Of a stretch of 50,423 nt of DNA, positions 24,618-35,277 are shown in pieces. The stretch is taken from NCBI GenBank assembly GCA_964645535.1, contig CAZYCQ010000017.1, positions 1 through 50,423 of the forward strand, written 5' to 3'. A program made the position numbers and the translations under genes. The number at the start of each line of letters is the position of its first letter. The stretch's first letter is position 1. The stretch is from an uncultured archaeon. Its GTDB lineage: Archaea > Asgardarchaeota > Heimdallarchaeia > Heimdallarchaeales > Kariarchaeaceae. The notes beneath the pieces were generated by a model. It did no database searches, had not been told where the DNA came from, and saw only the letters and a list, made by a program, of their open reading frames with translations.

Positions 24618-26024
24618 ATGTCAAGGGTCCTTTCACATCTCCTACGTGACATTGCAAGTCTCACAAGATACCATGAGGACGCTAGTTCTCGACTTTGCTA
24701 TTTTTTGGGAACAAGGGAAGCCATCCGGCTGATGCTTGGGGTAAGGGATGCCGCTGAGAATCAATTCCTTGTCCTCAATGTTCCTCCAAAAGAAAAGAGT
24801 ATGGAAAAGGTAATGGAGAAGGTAATCAAGGAAATTGAAATCCAAGGGTATGATTATGAAATAAGAAAGGACCTAGGGGATGTCATTGCTGTAAAAACAA
24901 AGGATCGAAAAAAGGAATTCGAGCAAGAAATTGAGAGAGCAAAAGAAAGCGGGGAGGACATTTCCGAAGTTATCAACAAGTTTGACCCGGAGCATATTAA
25001 ACGCAAAGGAATTCCGACAGTGGTGGTTCGACGTAAGGCATCCATTGAAGCTTCAATGGGTGCTTCCATTGTCTCAGGCGATATAATCCAAAGTGGCAAT
25101 ATTCAGGCTCATCAAGAAGTTGCAATCCAAAACATGTATTATGATGTGGTGGCGCATGGTATTGCAGAGTTGAGCAGTGAGGAAATCAAACGATCTCCTG
25201 GTAGGATCGCCATCAGAACATTGGAAGGGCGGTATGATGTCTTTACCGTTCACCACCAAAAAAGGTACCGGAACGGCTTGTATTCTGTGACCACACTTCC
25301 AAGAATCCTAGGGATGAATGTTCTGAAATTCAAGAAAAACAAATCTGCATATATCTTGGTAATTGCTCAAGACAATGGCGAGGTTGCAGTTGAGTTAAAG
25401 AAAAGAGCTCCCGAAGGATCAAAAGTTGCCATTTTCATCCACAATGAATCCCATAAGAAAGCAGTTGTCGAAACGATTGAAAGACTACGGCTGGAACCTG
25501 AGGAATTCAAGTTCATTGAGGATCCCATTGATAAGTATGCAAAGAGCCGCCCCCGGAAGAAATTCACTCATTTCTTCATTGAATTCCCCTCTTCCGAAAT
25601 CGGTCGACGTCCCAACCCCTTTGTCAATCTTGAAGAAAAGAATTTTGTAAATTTCGCAAGATATCAGTTCCAAGCAATAAGGGCTCTGACCCTTATTGGA
25701 GAAAATGAGGCACAAATTGCCTATGTTTCCCACTCATTCGATCCTAGTGAAAACGAAGATATATTGGTGCAGACCTTTAGACAGGGCTATTTTTCACCTC
25801 TTGTCCTCACCGATGATTTGAGGGAAGCCTATCCTGTTAGGATGAATGCAATTCCTGAAATTCCCACCATTTCACAAGGTGGATCTATTGACCTAAATAA
25901 AATGCGAGCTGAAGAAAGTTATTCCTCTTGCTGGTTAAGAGTTGATCCTTTCAAACATGGTGCGGATGCGGGTTTCGTGGCCTATTTTGAACTCCTTCTC
26001 AAGGGTGGGGGAAGAAGAAGATAA
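24618..26024 (+). CDS. PUA-domain RsmB/NOL1/NSUN-like protein lacking the catalytic cysteines
   Basis: PUA-like segment ASMGASIVSGDI; FIEFPSSEIGRRP, YQFQAI, AYVSHSFDPSENE, P.KHGADAGFVA; start uncertain. Confidence 0.75.
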   Translation: MSRVLSHLLRDIASLTRYHEDASSRLCYFLGTREAIRLMLGVRDAAENQFLVLNVPPKEKSMEKVMEKVIKEIEIQGYDYEIRKDLGDVIAVKTKDRKKEFEQEIERAKESGEDISEVINKFDPEHIKRKGIPTVVVRRKASIEASMGASIVSGDIIQSGNIQAHQEVAIQNMYYDVVAHGIAELSSEEIKRSPGRIAIRTLEGRYDVFTVHHQKRYRNGLYSVTTLPRILGMNVLKFKKNKSAYILVIAQDNGEVAVELKKRAPEGSKVAIFIHNESHKKAVVETIERLRLEPEEFKFIEDPIDKYAKSRPRKKFTHFFIEFPSSEIGRRPNPFVNLEEKNFVNFARYQFQAIRALTLIGENEAQIAYVSHSFDPSENEDILVQTFRQGYFSPLVLTDDLREAYPVRMNAIPEIPTISQGGSIDLNKMRAEESYSSCWLRVDPFKHGADAGFVAYFELLLKGGGRRR

Positions 26025-26081
26025 ACCTTCTGCGTAATTAAGCACGACTTCTTAAATGTCTCAGATATTGATAATCTGTTT

Positions 26082-26789
26082 ATGAGCTTAGTTCAAGTCA
26101 AAGAAAATAAGGAGGATTTGATTGGTTCAATCCTTAAATCAAGGTTACCTGCTGAAGAGGCCAAGATTTTGACAGAAGATCTGGCATATATCGCTAACTT
26201 GGATACGTCGCTTTTCTTCTCAATTAACTTGAATGAAACTCCAAGAGGATTCATGGTGATGTCCATTGTTGAAGACTTTGATGAGGAAACCGGTTACAAA
26301 CACGACCTTCTCTTGATTGAGGAAATCTGGCTTGAAGCAAATGCGGGTGATATGGCTCCATTTGCAGATGAAATTGTACGGGGAATTATTTCCGTCGGTG
26401 ACTCCAAAAAAGTGAAAAACATTGAGGTCATGATCAATGAGCCCAACGCTTGGCTAAAAAAGGGACTGGAAAACTATGGATTTAAGGTCGAGGAAATCCA
26501 CGCAAAAAAAATCATTCCCTTCCCCTCTTCTGTTGAAGATATCTTCGATTTAATCAATCAGTCTCTTCCGTTTCCCAAAGTGATCCAATTGGTTGCAGTC
26601 AAAGGTGATGAGGAACTTGTTGATTTTGTGGATACGATTGAAGAGATTAATGAACTCCTTGAAAGTAATTGGAACCCTGAACTATTCCATGTAGTTCTTG
26701 AACCTGATTCTGACCAGATTGATGCATTACTGAAGAATTCTGTTGAAATTGTGAAATGGGATGAAATTGAATTCGTATACCGCAGGTAG
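26082..26789 (+). CDS. Acidic hypothetical protein with a GNAT-like N-terminal half
   Basis: PRGFMV...LLIEEIWL...KNIEVMINEPN...LENYGFK. Confidence 0.5.
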   Translation: MSLVQVKENKEDLIGSILKSRLPAEEAKILTEDLAYIANLDTSLFFSINLNETPRGFMVMSIVEDFDEETGYKHDLLLIEEIWLEANAGDMAPFADEIVRGIISVGDSKKVKNIEVMINEPNAWLKKGLENYGFKVEEIHAKKIIPFPSSVEDIFDLINQSLPFPKVIQLVAVKGDEELVDFVDTIEEINELLESNWNPELFHVVLEPDSDQIDALLKNSVEIVKWDEIEFVYRR

Positions 26790-26798
26790 GTGTGTAGA

Positions 26799-28400
26799 AT
26801 GGAAAAAGAAGGCGAACTGGGGACTGAAGGATTCTGGGCGAAACAAATCGCAGAAGAAGCAATCGGGCATTTTCCTGGAAAACAGGTAATAAACGGGGGA
26901 TGGTCTCCCTCTGGCGATTTTCATATCGGAAACGCAAGGGAGATAATAACTGCCTATGCTATACATCACCACCTGCAAATCATCGGTGAAGATTCAGAAC
27001 TGAAGTTTGTCATCGACAATTTTGATTCATTCGATAGGATTCCCTCAACAATGAAATCCTACAAAAACACGCTACGGCCTTTTTTGGGGAAACCAATCAA
27101 TCAAATTCCTGATCCTACTGGACAGTCAGAATCCTATGCAGACAGGTTCAGTATGACTTTTGTCGAGGCAATGCAGGATTGGGGACTGGATGTCAACATC
27201 CATTATGCTTCAGAAATGTACAAAGCTGGTCTTTATGATGAATATCTCAAGTTATTCTTGGAAAAAGAAGAAGAGATTCAACAAATCATGGAAAAAGTGG
27301 CTGGCAATCGATTGGACAGTTTCGTAAATGTCGTCTGCACCAATTGTGGCAACCTTAGGACAACAACATTACTCGGAATTGATGGCGAAAAGCTCATTTT
27401 CAAATGTGAAACAAAAAGAGAATTCAAAGGTTGCGGGTTTCAAGGCGAGACTTCAATCAATGAACATAATTGGAAACTAAAATGGCGACTTGATTGGCCT
27501 GCCCGTCAAAAATTTTTGGGGGTAACTGTTGAACCCGCAGGTAAAGATCATTCCGTTGCTGGAGGTTCCATTGATACAACTATAGAGATCCATCGGAAAA
27601 TCTTCAACGCCACACCCCCTATCATGCCCAGATATGGTTTCATTACCATGAAAGGGAAAAAGCTTAGCGGAAGCAAAGGGACGGGAATCCCCGCAAAGGA
27701 TCTACGGAAATTACTAGACCCTCAGGCCTATTTCTTTTTAGTTTTCAAAAATGACCTTCGCAAAGATGTTGATTTCAATTATATGTCTCCAGACTATATG
27801 AAACTTGTCGATGAATTTGTCATGTCTAGAAGAATGCTCAATGGTTACCAATACCCTGGAACTACAAGACAATTAGAAAAGTTGAAGATGGCTGTCCGTC
27901 TTGCATTGAAAGATAAAGAGGTGAAGGTAATCCCTGCAGACATCTCTACCTCTGAACTCCTCTTGATCTATCAGATAACTTTACGTGATAAAAACAAGAC
28001 AATCGAGAAATTCAAGGAATTGGGAAAAATCAAACCTGAAGATTCCTTGATCGAATTGTCCTCACGGCTCGACCAAACCTCATATTGGTTAGACAAGTAT
28101 GCACCAAATGCAATCAAGTTCAAAGTTCTCAATTCTCCTCCTGAAAAGGCAAGAGAAGTTTGGGATGCAAAAATGCAAGAGCTTTGGTTATCCATCTTGG
28201 ATCAAATCAAAGAAGAGATGTCAAAAGATGATGTAATGGCACTCATCAGAGATACAGCAAAATCCTATGATATCCCCATCAAATCCGTTTTCCAAGCTTT
28301 TTATCTGCTACTTCTTGGAAAAACCGCAGGACCCAATGCCGCTCAGTTTCTTTTGACTTTGGGAACTGAAAAAGTTAAACAAATGATTAACCTTCTCTAA
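26799..28400 (+). CDS. lysS: Lysine--tRNA ligase, class I
   Basis: WA, SPSGDFHIGNAREI, KLKWRLDWP, EPAGKDH, KLSGSKG, GP near the C-terminus. Confidence 0.96.
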   Translation: MEKEGELGTEGFWAKQIAEEAIGHFPGKQVINGGWSPSGDFHIGNAREIITAYAIHHHLQIIGEDSELKFVIDNFDSFDRIPSTMKSYKNTLRPFLGKPINQIPDPTGQSESYADRFSMTFVEAMQDWGLDVNIHYASEMYKAGLYDEYLKLFLEKEEEIQQIMEKVAGNRLDSFVNVVCTNCGNLRTTTLLGIDGEKLIFKCETKREFKGCGFQGETSINEHNWKLKWRLDWPARQKFLGVTVEPAGKDHSVAGGSIDTTIEIHRKIFNATPPIMPRYGFITMKGKKLSGSKGTGIPAKDLRKLLDPQAYFFLVFKNDLRKDVDFNYMSPDYMKLVDEFVMSRRMLNGYQYPGTTRQLEKLKMAVRLALKDKEVKVIPADISTSELLLIYQITLRDKNKTIEKFKELGKIKPEDSLIELSSRLDQTSYWLDKYAPNAIKFKVLNSPPEKAREVWDAKMQELWLSILDQIKEEMSKDDVMALIRDTAKSYDIPIKSVFQAFYLLLLGKTAGPNAAQFLLTLGTEKVKQMINLL

Positions 28401-28412
28401 AGCGCGCGCTTT
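28399..28412. terminator. Perfect 14-bp palindrome at the lysS stop
   Basis: aaagcgcgcgcttt, overlapping and following the TAA. Confidence 0.35.
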
Positions 28413-28441
28413 TCCCTCATTTATTCCTGAAAGAGCGCTAA

Positions 28442-28831
28442 ATGTCCATTAATGTTGCTGGATTCTCCTTTTATTTTGCAATTTGCAAACAACATGGAAA
28501 ATTTTTAATAGCCGAAAAAAAGATCGATGATTTGCAGATGGAAGTCCCATACGATAAAAAACTCCCTGATGAAGACATCCAGTTTCATTGTCAGAATCGA
28601 TCTTGTTCATTTGATTTCTCCCCTGCAATCCTAGGTCTCTCAAAACGAATCTTGGCCTTGTCGGAGGGATCTGCAAGCTTAGAAAATGGGATTTTCAGAT
28701 GTCCCGTATGTAATACTCTTTATGTAGCAAAGTCAGTAACCCTCATGGATGAAAAGCAAAGACCCCTAAGTTCACTTTTTTTGGAGGATCCGAAACCTCT
28801 GAAATGGGGTGTCAACGTAGCTGCATCGTGA
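28442..28831 (+). CDS. Hypothetical Cys/His-containing protein, possibly Zn-binding
   Basis: CKQH, CQNRSC and CPVC motifs. Confidence 0.55.
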   Translation: MSINVAGFSFYFAICKQHGKFLIAEKKIDDLQMEVPYDKKLPDEDIQFHCQNRSCSFDFSPAILGLSKRILALSEGSASLENGIFRCPVCNTLYVAKSVTLMDEKQRPLSSLFLEDPKPLKWGVNVAAS

Positions 28832-28915
28832 AATATGCAATGGATTCCATATATTTTCTAATTTTTTCCTTTCTTTTGGCAGAAGAATTTAATTTGGCAT
28901 AATTGAAATTGCAGT

Positions 28916-29986
28916 ATGGTCTTTCAGGTTACCGCCGTGGTAATATCAATCATCTTCATGCTTGTTGGGCTCATCTCCTTTCTCAACTCCCTTAAATATG
29001 CACCAGGTAGTCTTGTTCGTCTCCAAAGAAGATTCTCTTTTTTGAATTTCATTGGTGGTGCCCTCTTTGGAATGGGTGCATTCTTTCTTCTGGACGGTCG
29101 GCTTTTTTCCCCTGAAATAACTTCATCCAATTCGTTTCTTAAATTTCTGAAATCTTGGGATCCCGTCTGGCTGGCAGTTGTTTTCCTTTTGGTGGGTTTT
29201 CTCTTTTTCTTCTCCAGTAAGAGGGGCTTGGAAGAGCAAATCACTTCTCCTCTTGAACAATTTTCGGAAGCTCTGACGATATATGGTTCAAAAGGGATAT
29301 TCATCAGATTGCTTGAATTGGGAGCAATGGAATTCCGGTTATTTGCGAGAAAATTCAATGAAGCAACCTTGAAGGTAGCTAATGATTTGGATATCACAAA
29401 GGAATATTTTGACCAAGTAATTGATGGACTTAGTCAAGTTGCAAACAAAATTTCAACGTTCAATAAAGAGAGTGTGAACTTCCGTAATTTTCTTGATTCC
29501 TTCTCTTCATTGTTGACTGATCAGCAATTTATAATTCAAAATCTCGGAAAATTAAAAGATGATACAAAACATTGGTTTGAAACATCCGCAAATACTATTG
29601 GGGACATAAGTAACCAACTTTTGGTTCTATCGGAAGCGCTTAATCTGATGACCATCAATATTGCCATTGAGGCTGCAAATTCGGAAGCCGAGCAGTTTCA
29701 GGAAATTGCGAAAAAAAGCAGGGAGATTTTCCAAGAGTTTGAAGGTCTTACTCTTTCCCTAATTAAGGAGGTGGGTCAGCTCAAGCAATTCCTTCAAAAT
29801 CATTTCTCGTCTGTTGAGGAGTTGTCGTCACATGAAACAACTTCTCAAGAGGTACAGGAAACAATCCAGAAAATCATTGACATGCTTGAAGCTCAAATGA
29901 CTCGAAGACTGGATGTACGGTCGGAAATTGATAAGATTGATCAAACCTTGTTGAAGATCAATGAAACACTACCAACCCCATATTAG
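28916..29986 (+). CDS. Divergent methyl-accepting chemotaxis-like protein (TM-HAMP-signal domain)
   Basis: Three TM segments, HAMP-like ITSPLEQFS...EFRLFARKFN, and NLMTINIAIEAA resembling NLLALNAAIEAA. Confidence 0.65.
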   Translation: MVFQVTAVVISIIFMLVGLISFLNSLKYAPGSLVRLQRRFSFLNFIGGALFGMGAFFLLDGRLFSPEITSSNSFLKFLKSWDPVWLAVVFLLVGFLFFFSSKRGLEEQITSPLEQFSEALTIYGSKGIFIRLLELGAMEFRLFARKFNEATLKVANDLDITKEYFDQVIDGLSQVANKISTFNKESVNFRNFLDSFSSLLTDQQFIIQNLGKLKDDTKHWFETSANTIGDISNQLLVLSEALNLMTINIAIEAANSEAEQFQEIAKKSREIFQEFEGLTLSLIKEVGQLKQFLQNHFSSVEELSSHETTSQEVQETIQKIIDMLEAQMTRRLDVRSEIDKIDQTLLKINETLPTPY

Positions 29987-30035
29987 ACCATTTTAATGCG
30001 GATAATGTAAAATAGGTTTCTACCAAAAGGCGTCC

Positions 30036-30446
30036 ATGGATCAAGTTTCAGAAGGTTCTACAAACTTTTTCTTTTCCATTGTCAAGGAACTCGGAATTGC
30101 ACTTGGTGCCGCCATCAAAAATGGACTTTTTCCCTTGGCAGTGGTGGTAGTGGTGATCTTGCTCAATTTTATATTTTATTCATGGTCTGATATGAATGGT
30201 GTCTACTTGGGTGCCGAATTTCTCCTTTTTTTCCTCCTTCTACTTTCCTCCTTCTGGAATATAGAATCAAGAAAAAACAGAATTTCTGCGTTAACTTTCT
30301 TCGTTTTATTCTTTGGAATGGATATGCTTTTTTCTTTGACAATTATCATTCAGGAAGGAATCAATGATTATCTCAATGTCTTTCTTGGATTTCTTGATGC
30401 TTTAGGGCTTATTTCCTCATTTTATTGGTTTTTAAACCAATTCTGA
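30036..30446 (+). CDS. Hypothetical membrane protein
   Basis: About four hydrophobic segments. Confidence 0.65.
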   Translation: MDQVSEGSTNFFFSIVKELGIALGAAIKNGLFPLAVVVVVILLNFIFYSWSDMNGVYLGAEFLLFFLLLLSSFWNIESRKNRISALTFFVLFFGMDMLFSLTIIIQEGINDYLNVFLGFLDALGLISSFYWFLNQF

Positions 30447-30650
30447 TCGAATCCTTACTAGGTTGATGTAAGGGACAAAATTGATTCTGTTTTTGGCAAC
30501 CCGGTTCATTTCCTCAAAGGTCACCCCAACTTCATCCATTGCAAGAATCTTGCAATCAGATATCTTTTCCACCTTACTCCCTTCCCGAACAAAAATGGTG
30601 TATTCATTTTTTCTTTCAGTTAAAATCTCTAGGTGTTTCTCTGCTACCAT
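30432..30650 (-). CDS. Small protein, possible Sm/LSm-like fold
   Basis: Helix followed by strands YTIFV, KILAMDEVGVTF, NFVPYINLVRI. Confidence 0.5.
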   Translation of the reverse strand: MVAEKHLEILTERKNEYTIFVREGSKVEKISDCKILAMDEVGVTFEEMNRVAKNRINFVPYINLVRIRSELV

Positions 30651-30689
30651 ATCATAAGTAAAGGCAATCTCAATAAAAAGGCTTCTTGT

Positions 30690-31145
30690 TCAAGGTGTGA
30701 GTTTGGGCTGACTGACGCTTTTGTTCAGTACAACAAAGGTTGTTGTCTGCTGCACTCCGTTGATTTTACGTATTGTCTCAATGGCATTCTTCAGATGGAG
30801 ATCTTTTTGCATATGCAGAACCACAAAAAGATCGATATCTCCGGTCGTTTCATAGATCGCTTCAACTCCTGAAGGAATCCTCTCAAAAATCTTGTCCTTG
30901 ATGATGCCAGGTCCAACAGTTCCACCGATATTCACGCCCACTATCGCACGGATTCCTGCCATCTGCTCACTCAATGTTACCGTGAATCCTTCAATTATTC
31001 CATTTTCTACTAACTTCTTTATCCTTTTCCGCACTGCTCCTTCTGTGATCTTCAATTGCCTTGCGATTTCAGTATTCTTTTCTCGTGCATTTTTTTGAAG
31101 GATCTGGATGATTTTCTGGTCAATCGTGTCCAATTTATCGCGCAT
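30690..31145 (-). CDS. Lrp/AsnC family transcriptional regulator
   Basis: LDTIDQKIIQILQKNAR...IARQLKITEGAVRKRIKKLVENGIIEGF, YETTGDIDL; start set at ATG 31145. Confidence 0.93.
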   Translation of the reverse strand: MRDKLDTIDQKIIQILQKNAREKNTEIARQLKITEGAVRKRIKKLVENGIIEGFTVTLSEQMAGIRAIVGVNIGGTVGPGIIKDKIFERIPSGVEAIYETTGDIDLFVVLHMQKDLHLKNAIETIRKINGVQQTTTFVVLNKSVSQPKLTP

Positions 31146-31312
31146 CAAATAATCCTCAATTGCGTTATTCGGACTCACCTTTTATAAATTGTTTCAAATT
31201 TGATTTGCTTATTGGTCAGTTTGTTTGACAACACTGACACCCCTGTTATCCTCATTTTTCTGTATAGGGTACCTGCCCACAATCTTAAATTTGACAAATC
31301 GGGAGATGTATT

Positions 31313-32212
31313 GTGGTGCTGAAACTTTCCCCAACCATGGTTCTTGTAATTGGTATCCTTGCGGTGACCTCCTCTTCATTTATTGTCCTTGAAGCAGGAG
31401 AAATTTCGAATTCCATGGGGGATCGTATCGTGCTTGCCTTTTACCGTGTTCTGTTTACGTCTTTCTTCTCTTATGTTTTCCTCTACCGATTGTTTAAACT
31501 AAATCCAGGGCGTTCCAATATGCATAAGGAAACACGTGCCTCCAATATCCCCATGTGGGCGGTTGTGCTTCTGTCAGGGGGCTCATTGGCATTTCATTTC
31601 TCCCTATGGTTCATTTCTTTGGATTACCTTCCTGTAGGGATATCTCTTGCCCTAACAAACAGTGCCCCTATTTTTGTGGTAATCCTTACCTGGTTGCTTT
31701 ATCATGAACGAACAACTCCTCTTCAAGTTGGGGGCGTTCTTATGGCAATTTCGGGAGCTGCAATTCTAAGCCTTGAATCTTTCAATGATTCCACTGTTTT
31801 TTTAAATGGCTTTCTTTTTGCTTTCCTCTCAGCAATTGCTTTGGCGGTTTATCTGTCATTGGCAAAGAAAGGGGTGACTGAATATGGTCTATGGAATTAT
31901 TTCGGTAAGGTAAATTTCGTTGCAGCAATGGTTCTGCTTTTTTGGATCTTGTTCATTGGGAAAAATCCAGTCTCCCTTTCCACAATTTACTATGGGTTTC
32001 TTCTTGCCTTGATTCCGGGTATTATGGGTCATGCCTCATTCCAATATGCAATGAGTCGTGTCAGAAGCGCCATTGTTAGCGTTTCCACGTTGGGTGAACC
32101 TTTGTTGGGAACACTGATCGCGTGGGTCTTCCTAGATCAAATTTTGACTGGCGCTCAAACCATAGGTGGTCTCCTTATCCTATTTGGGGTATATGTCACC
32201 TCGCGCAGGTGA
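31313..32212 (+). CDS. DMT/EamA family transporter
   Basis: AFYR, LAFHFSLWFISL, PIFV, GH, LGEP; about 10 TM segments. Confidence 0.9.
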   Translation: MVLKLSPTMVLVIGILAVTSSSFIVLEAGEISNSMGDRIVLAFYRVLFTSFFSYVFLYRLFKLNPGRSNMHKETRASNIPMWAVVLLSGGSLAFHFSLWFISLDYLPVGISLALTNSAPIFVVILTWLLYHERTTPLQVGGVLMAISGAAILSLESFNDSTVFLNGFLFAFLSAIALAVYLSLAKKGVTEYGLWNYFGKVNFVAAMVLLFWILFIGKNPVSLSTIYYGFLLALIPGIMGHASFQYAMSRVRSAIVSVSTLGEPLLGTLIAWVFLDQILTGAQTIGGLLILFGVYVTSRR

Positions 32213-32471
32213 TTTTTCACTACATCCTGCTTCCTGTGATTTCGGCTTCTAATGTACTTTCAGTAGGGTATTCTTTATACCATAGTCAACGAGGTGGATT
32301 TTCTCCCCACTTCCCCCATGTTTGAAATCCAAAAAATAACCCGAAGACCATTAAATTTACCTACATGGGTTGTTTTGAACAGTAACTTTAGATTTTTATT
32401 GTACCTTGAGAATAGTAGCTTGCATACAATTACCGATTTATGCTAGTCATACAAAAGAGAGGTAATGAACC

Positions 32472-34103
32472 ATGACATTGACAGGACAACCCGTAATTAT
32501 TCTTAAAGAAGGTACCACAAGAACCCGTGGAAAGGACGCACTCAGAAACAATATTCAAGCTGCAAAAGTCATCGCAGAAGCTGTAAAATCCTCGCTTGGT
32601 CCAAAAGGAATGGACAAAATGCTTGTCGACAACTTCGGGGATGTAGTGATCACCAATGACGGTGCTACAATCCTGAAGGAAATCGACATTCAGCATCCCG
32701 GCGCAAAATTCGTAGTGGAATTGGCCAAGACCCAAGACCAGGAAGTCGGTGACGGTACCACAAGTGTTGTTGTCCTTGCTGGTGAGCTTCTCAAGAGGGC
32801 AGAAGATCTTCTTGACCAGAACATCCATCCTTCCGTCATCGTTGAAGGCTACAAACTAGCAAGGCAAAAATCTCTTGAACTCCTAAGGAACAATGCAATT
32901 CAAATCAAGGAGGATGACCGTGAGGCTCTAATCAATATTGCTAAGACCTCCATGTCATCCAAGATTGTCAAGGTTGAGAATGATCATCTTGCAAAGATCA
33001 TCGTTGATGCAGTTTTGAAAGTGGCCACTAAGAAGGATGGTGAGAGCAAAGTTGATCTTGATGACATTGTCATTGTCAAGAAGATCGGAAACTCTCTGAG
33101 AGAGACTGAACTGGTTGATGGTCTCGTTGTTGACAAGGAATTCGTCCATCCTGACATGCCAACAGTCATTAAAAATGCAAAGGTTTTGGTCATCAACAAG
33201 GCTCTTGAAATTACCAAAACAGAGTTCGATGCCAAACTCTCAATCTCCACCCCAGAGGAAGTCCAGAAGTTCCTTGAAAGAGAAAGGGCCATGCTCAAGG
33301 AAATGGCTGACAAGATCATCAAGAGCGGTGCAAATGTTGTTTTTGCTCAAAAAGGAATTGATGACACCATCCAGCACTTCTTGGCTGATGCGAATATCTC
33401 TGCTGTCAGAAGAGTCAAGAAATCTGACATTGAAAGGATCTCTGAAATTACTGGTGCCACAATTGTGACCAACCTCGAGGACTTGGATGAATCCTATCTT
33501 GGAACCGCAAAGCTTGTTGAACAGAAGAATATTGCCGGAGATGACCTGATTTTCATCAGTGGCACTCCCAACTCAAGTGTAGTCACCATATTGATAAGGG
33601 GTGGAACTGAATTCGTTCTCGATGAATATGAACGATCCATCCATGATGCATTGTCTGTTGTCAGAAATATCATTGAAGACAAGGCTCTTGTACCAGGAGG
33701 AGGTGCCATTGAACTCATGCTTTCAAGGGCACTGAACGAATATGCGGATACCCAGCCCTCAAAGATCCAACTTGCAATCAGAGCTTTTGCCCAAGCTCTT
33801 CTTGTCATCCCCAAGACCTTGGCAGAAAATGCAGGGTTGGATCCCATCGAAATGATCGGTGAAATGAACAACTACTTTGCCGAAAACAAAACCTCATATG
33901 GTATCAACCCCTTCAGCGGAAAGGTTGAAGACATGTCTGCCCTCGGTGTCCTTGAACCCTCAAGAGTGAAGGATCAGGCCATTTCATCTGCGGCAGAAGC
34001 TGCAACCATCTTGCTGAGAATTGATGACATTGTCTCGGCAAAGGATCTGGGTGGTGGTGACAACAACGCTCCTCCAGGTGGAGGAATGGATGACGATTTC
34101 TAA
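32472..34103 (+). CDS. ths: Thermosome (group II chaperonin) subunit
   Basis: [49 protein letters not shown]. Confidence 0.97.
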   Translation: MTLTGQPVIILKEGTTRTRGKDALRNNIQAAKVIAEAVKSSLGPKGMDKMLVDNFGDVVITNDGATILKEIDIQHPGAKFVVELAKTQDQEVGDGTTSVVVLAGELLKRAEDLLDQNIHPSVIVEGYKLARQKSLELLRNNAIQIKEDDREALINIAKTSMSSKIVKVENDHLAKIIVDAVLKVATKKDGESKVDLDDIVIVKKIGNSLRETELVDGLVVDKEFVHPDMPTVIKNAKVLVINKALEITKTEFDAKLSISTPEEVQKFLERERAMLKEMADKIIKSGANVVFAQKGIDDTIQHFLADANISAVRRVKKSDIERISEITGATIVTNLEDLDESYLGTAKLVEQKNIAGDDLIFISGTPNSSVVTILIRGGTEFVLDEYERSIHDALSVVRNIIEDKALVPGGGAIELMLSRALNEYADTQPSKIQLAIRAFAQALLVIPKTLAENAGLDPIEMIGEMNNYFAENKTSYGINPFSGKVEDMSALGVLEPSRVKDQAISSAAEAATILLRIDDIVSAKDLGGGDNNAPPGGGMDDDF

Positions 34104-34197
34104 AGATAAATTCTGAATAAGATCCACAATCACAAAAAGAAATCTGCTTGAAGGATAAAAATTTAATAGTGACCTATCATTTCACATTTGCAGTGAT

Positions 34198-35277
34198 ATG
34201 AAATTTCTTCCGTTGTTGAGCATTTCCTTGTGCTTCATTTTGATTTCTAGTCCATTGCAAATTTTCGGAGATGATTTACCGACTTCTGAAGATCTGTTTG
34301 GGTTTGTGGAAGCTCAACTCAACCTTGGGTACCGAATTCCTGGAACAGAAGGATCTGAACGGTTCAAGAATTATATGAAAGATTTTGTTACAAATACAAG
34401 TTCTTGGAACCTATCTTTCAAAAATTTCTCCTATATGGATGTTGAAATGTCCAATCTTCTGATTACAAAGAAAAGCATTCCCATACCCGAGTTAGGAAAT
34501 AATTCCTCTAAATTTCCAAAGCTACTCATCGGTGCCCATTTTGATTCAAGAGCCAGGGCAACAAAAGATGCATTTTCTTCAGATCTTCCAGTTCCCGGAG
34601 CAAATGATGGTGCTTCTGGGGTTGCAGTAATTCTGGGTTTAATGTTGGCTTTGGATGATGAAGATGTAGATGTAGGATTTGTCCTTTTTGACGGAGAGGA
34701 TCAGGGATATGATGTAGATTATGGACTTCCTGGTTGGAGTTGGATACAAGGTTCAACTGTATTTGCTGCAGCTTTATCAGAAAATCAAGTAAATGATATG
34801 GAGATGTTCCTACTCCTTGATATGATCGGTGACAAGAACCTTCAAATTAAGATGGAAAGAAACAGCAATTCAACACTCAATCAAAGAATTTGGGATCTCG
34901 CTGCAAAATTAGGGTATCAGGATACTTTTGTTGATACGCCTGGTTATTCAATTATTGACGATCATATCCCATTTTTGAGAAGAGGCATTCCTTCAGTGGA
35001 TTTAATTGATTTTGATTTCCCATTCCATCATACTGTAAATGACAATTTAGGTGCTGTAAGTGGTGAATCATTATTCACCGTATTTGATTTGACACTGAAC
35101 TGGATTTGGGAGTTTTTAGGGACTGATCCAAAAGTAACTCTCCCTAACCCTACTCAAGACATGAATGTAAAGACAGGCATTACCACTGCCATTATTGTTC
35201 TTTCAATCCCAATGATGGTCTTCTTTTCCATTTGGTTATACTTCTATCGAAGAAAGGTATTTTCTAAAACGAGATAG
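34198..35277 (+). CDS. Secreted M28-family peptidase/glutaminyl cyclase-like protein with C-terminal TM anchor
   Basis: Signal-like N-terminus; GAHFDSR, GANDGASG, FDGED, LLDMIG, DDHIPF, HHT; TM followed by RRK. Confidence 0.88.
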   Translation: MKFLPLLSISLCFILISSPLQIFGDDLPTSEDLFGFVEAQLNLGYRIPGTEGSERFKNYMKDFVTNTSSWNLSFKNFSYMDVEMSNLLITKKSIPIPELGNNSSKFPKLLIGAHFDSRARATKDAFSSDLPVPGANDGASGVAVILGLMLALDDEDVDVGFVLFDGEDQGYDVDYGLPGWSWIQGSTVFAAALSENQVNDMEMFLLLDMIGDKNLQIKMERNSNSTLNQRIWDLAAKLGYQDTFVDTPGYSIIDDHIPFLRRGIPSVDLIDFDFPFHHTVNDNLGAVSGESLFTVFDLTLNWIWEFLGTDPKVTLPNPTQDMNVKTGITTAIIVLSIPMMVFFSIWLYFYRRKVFSKTR

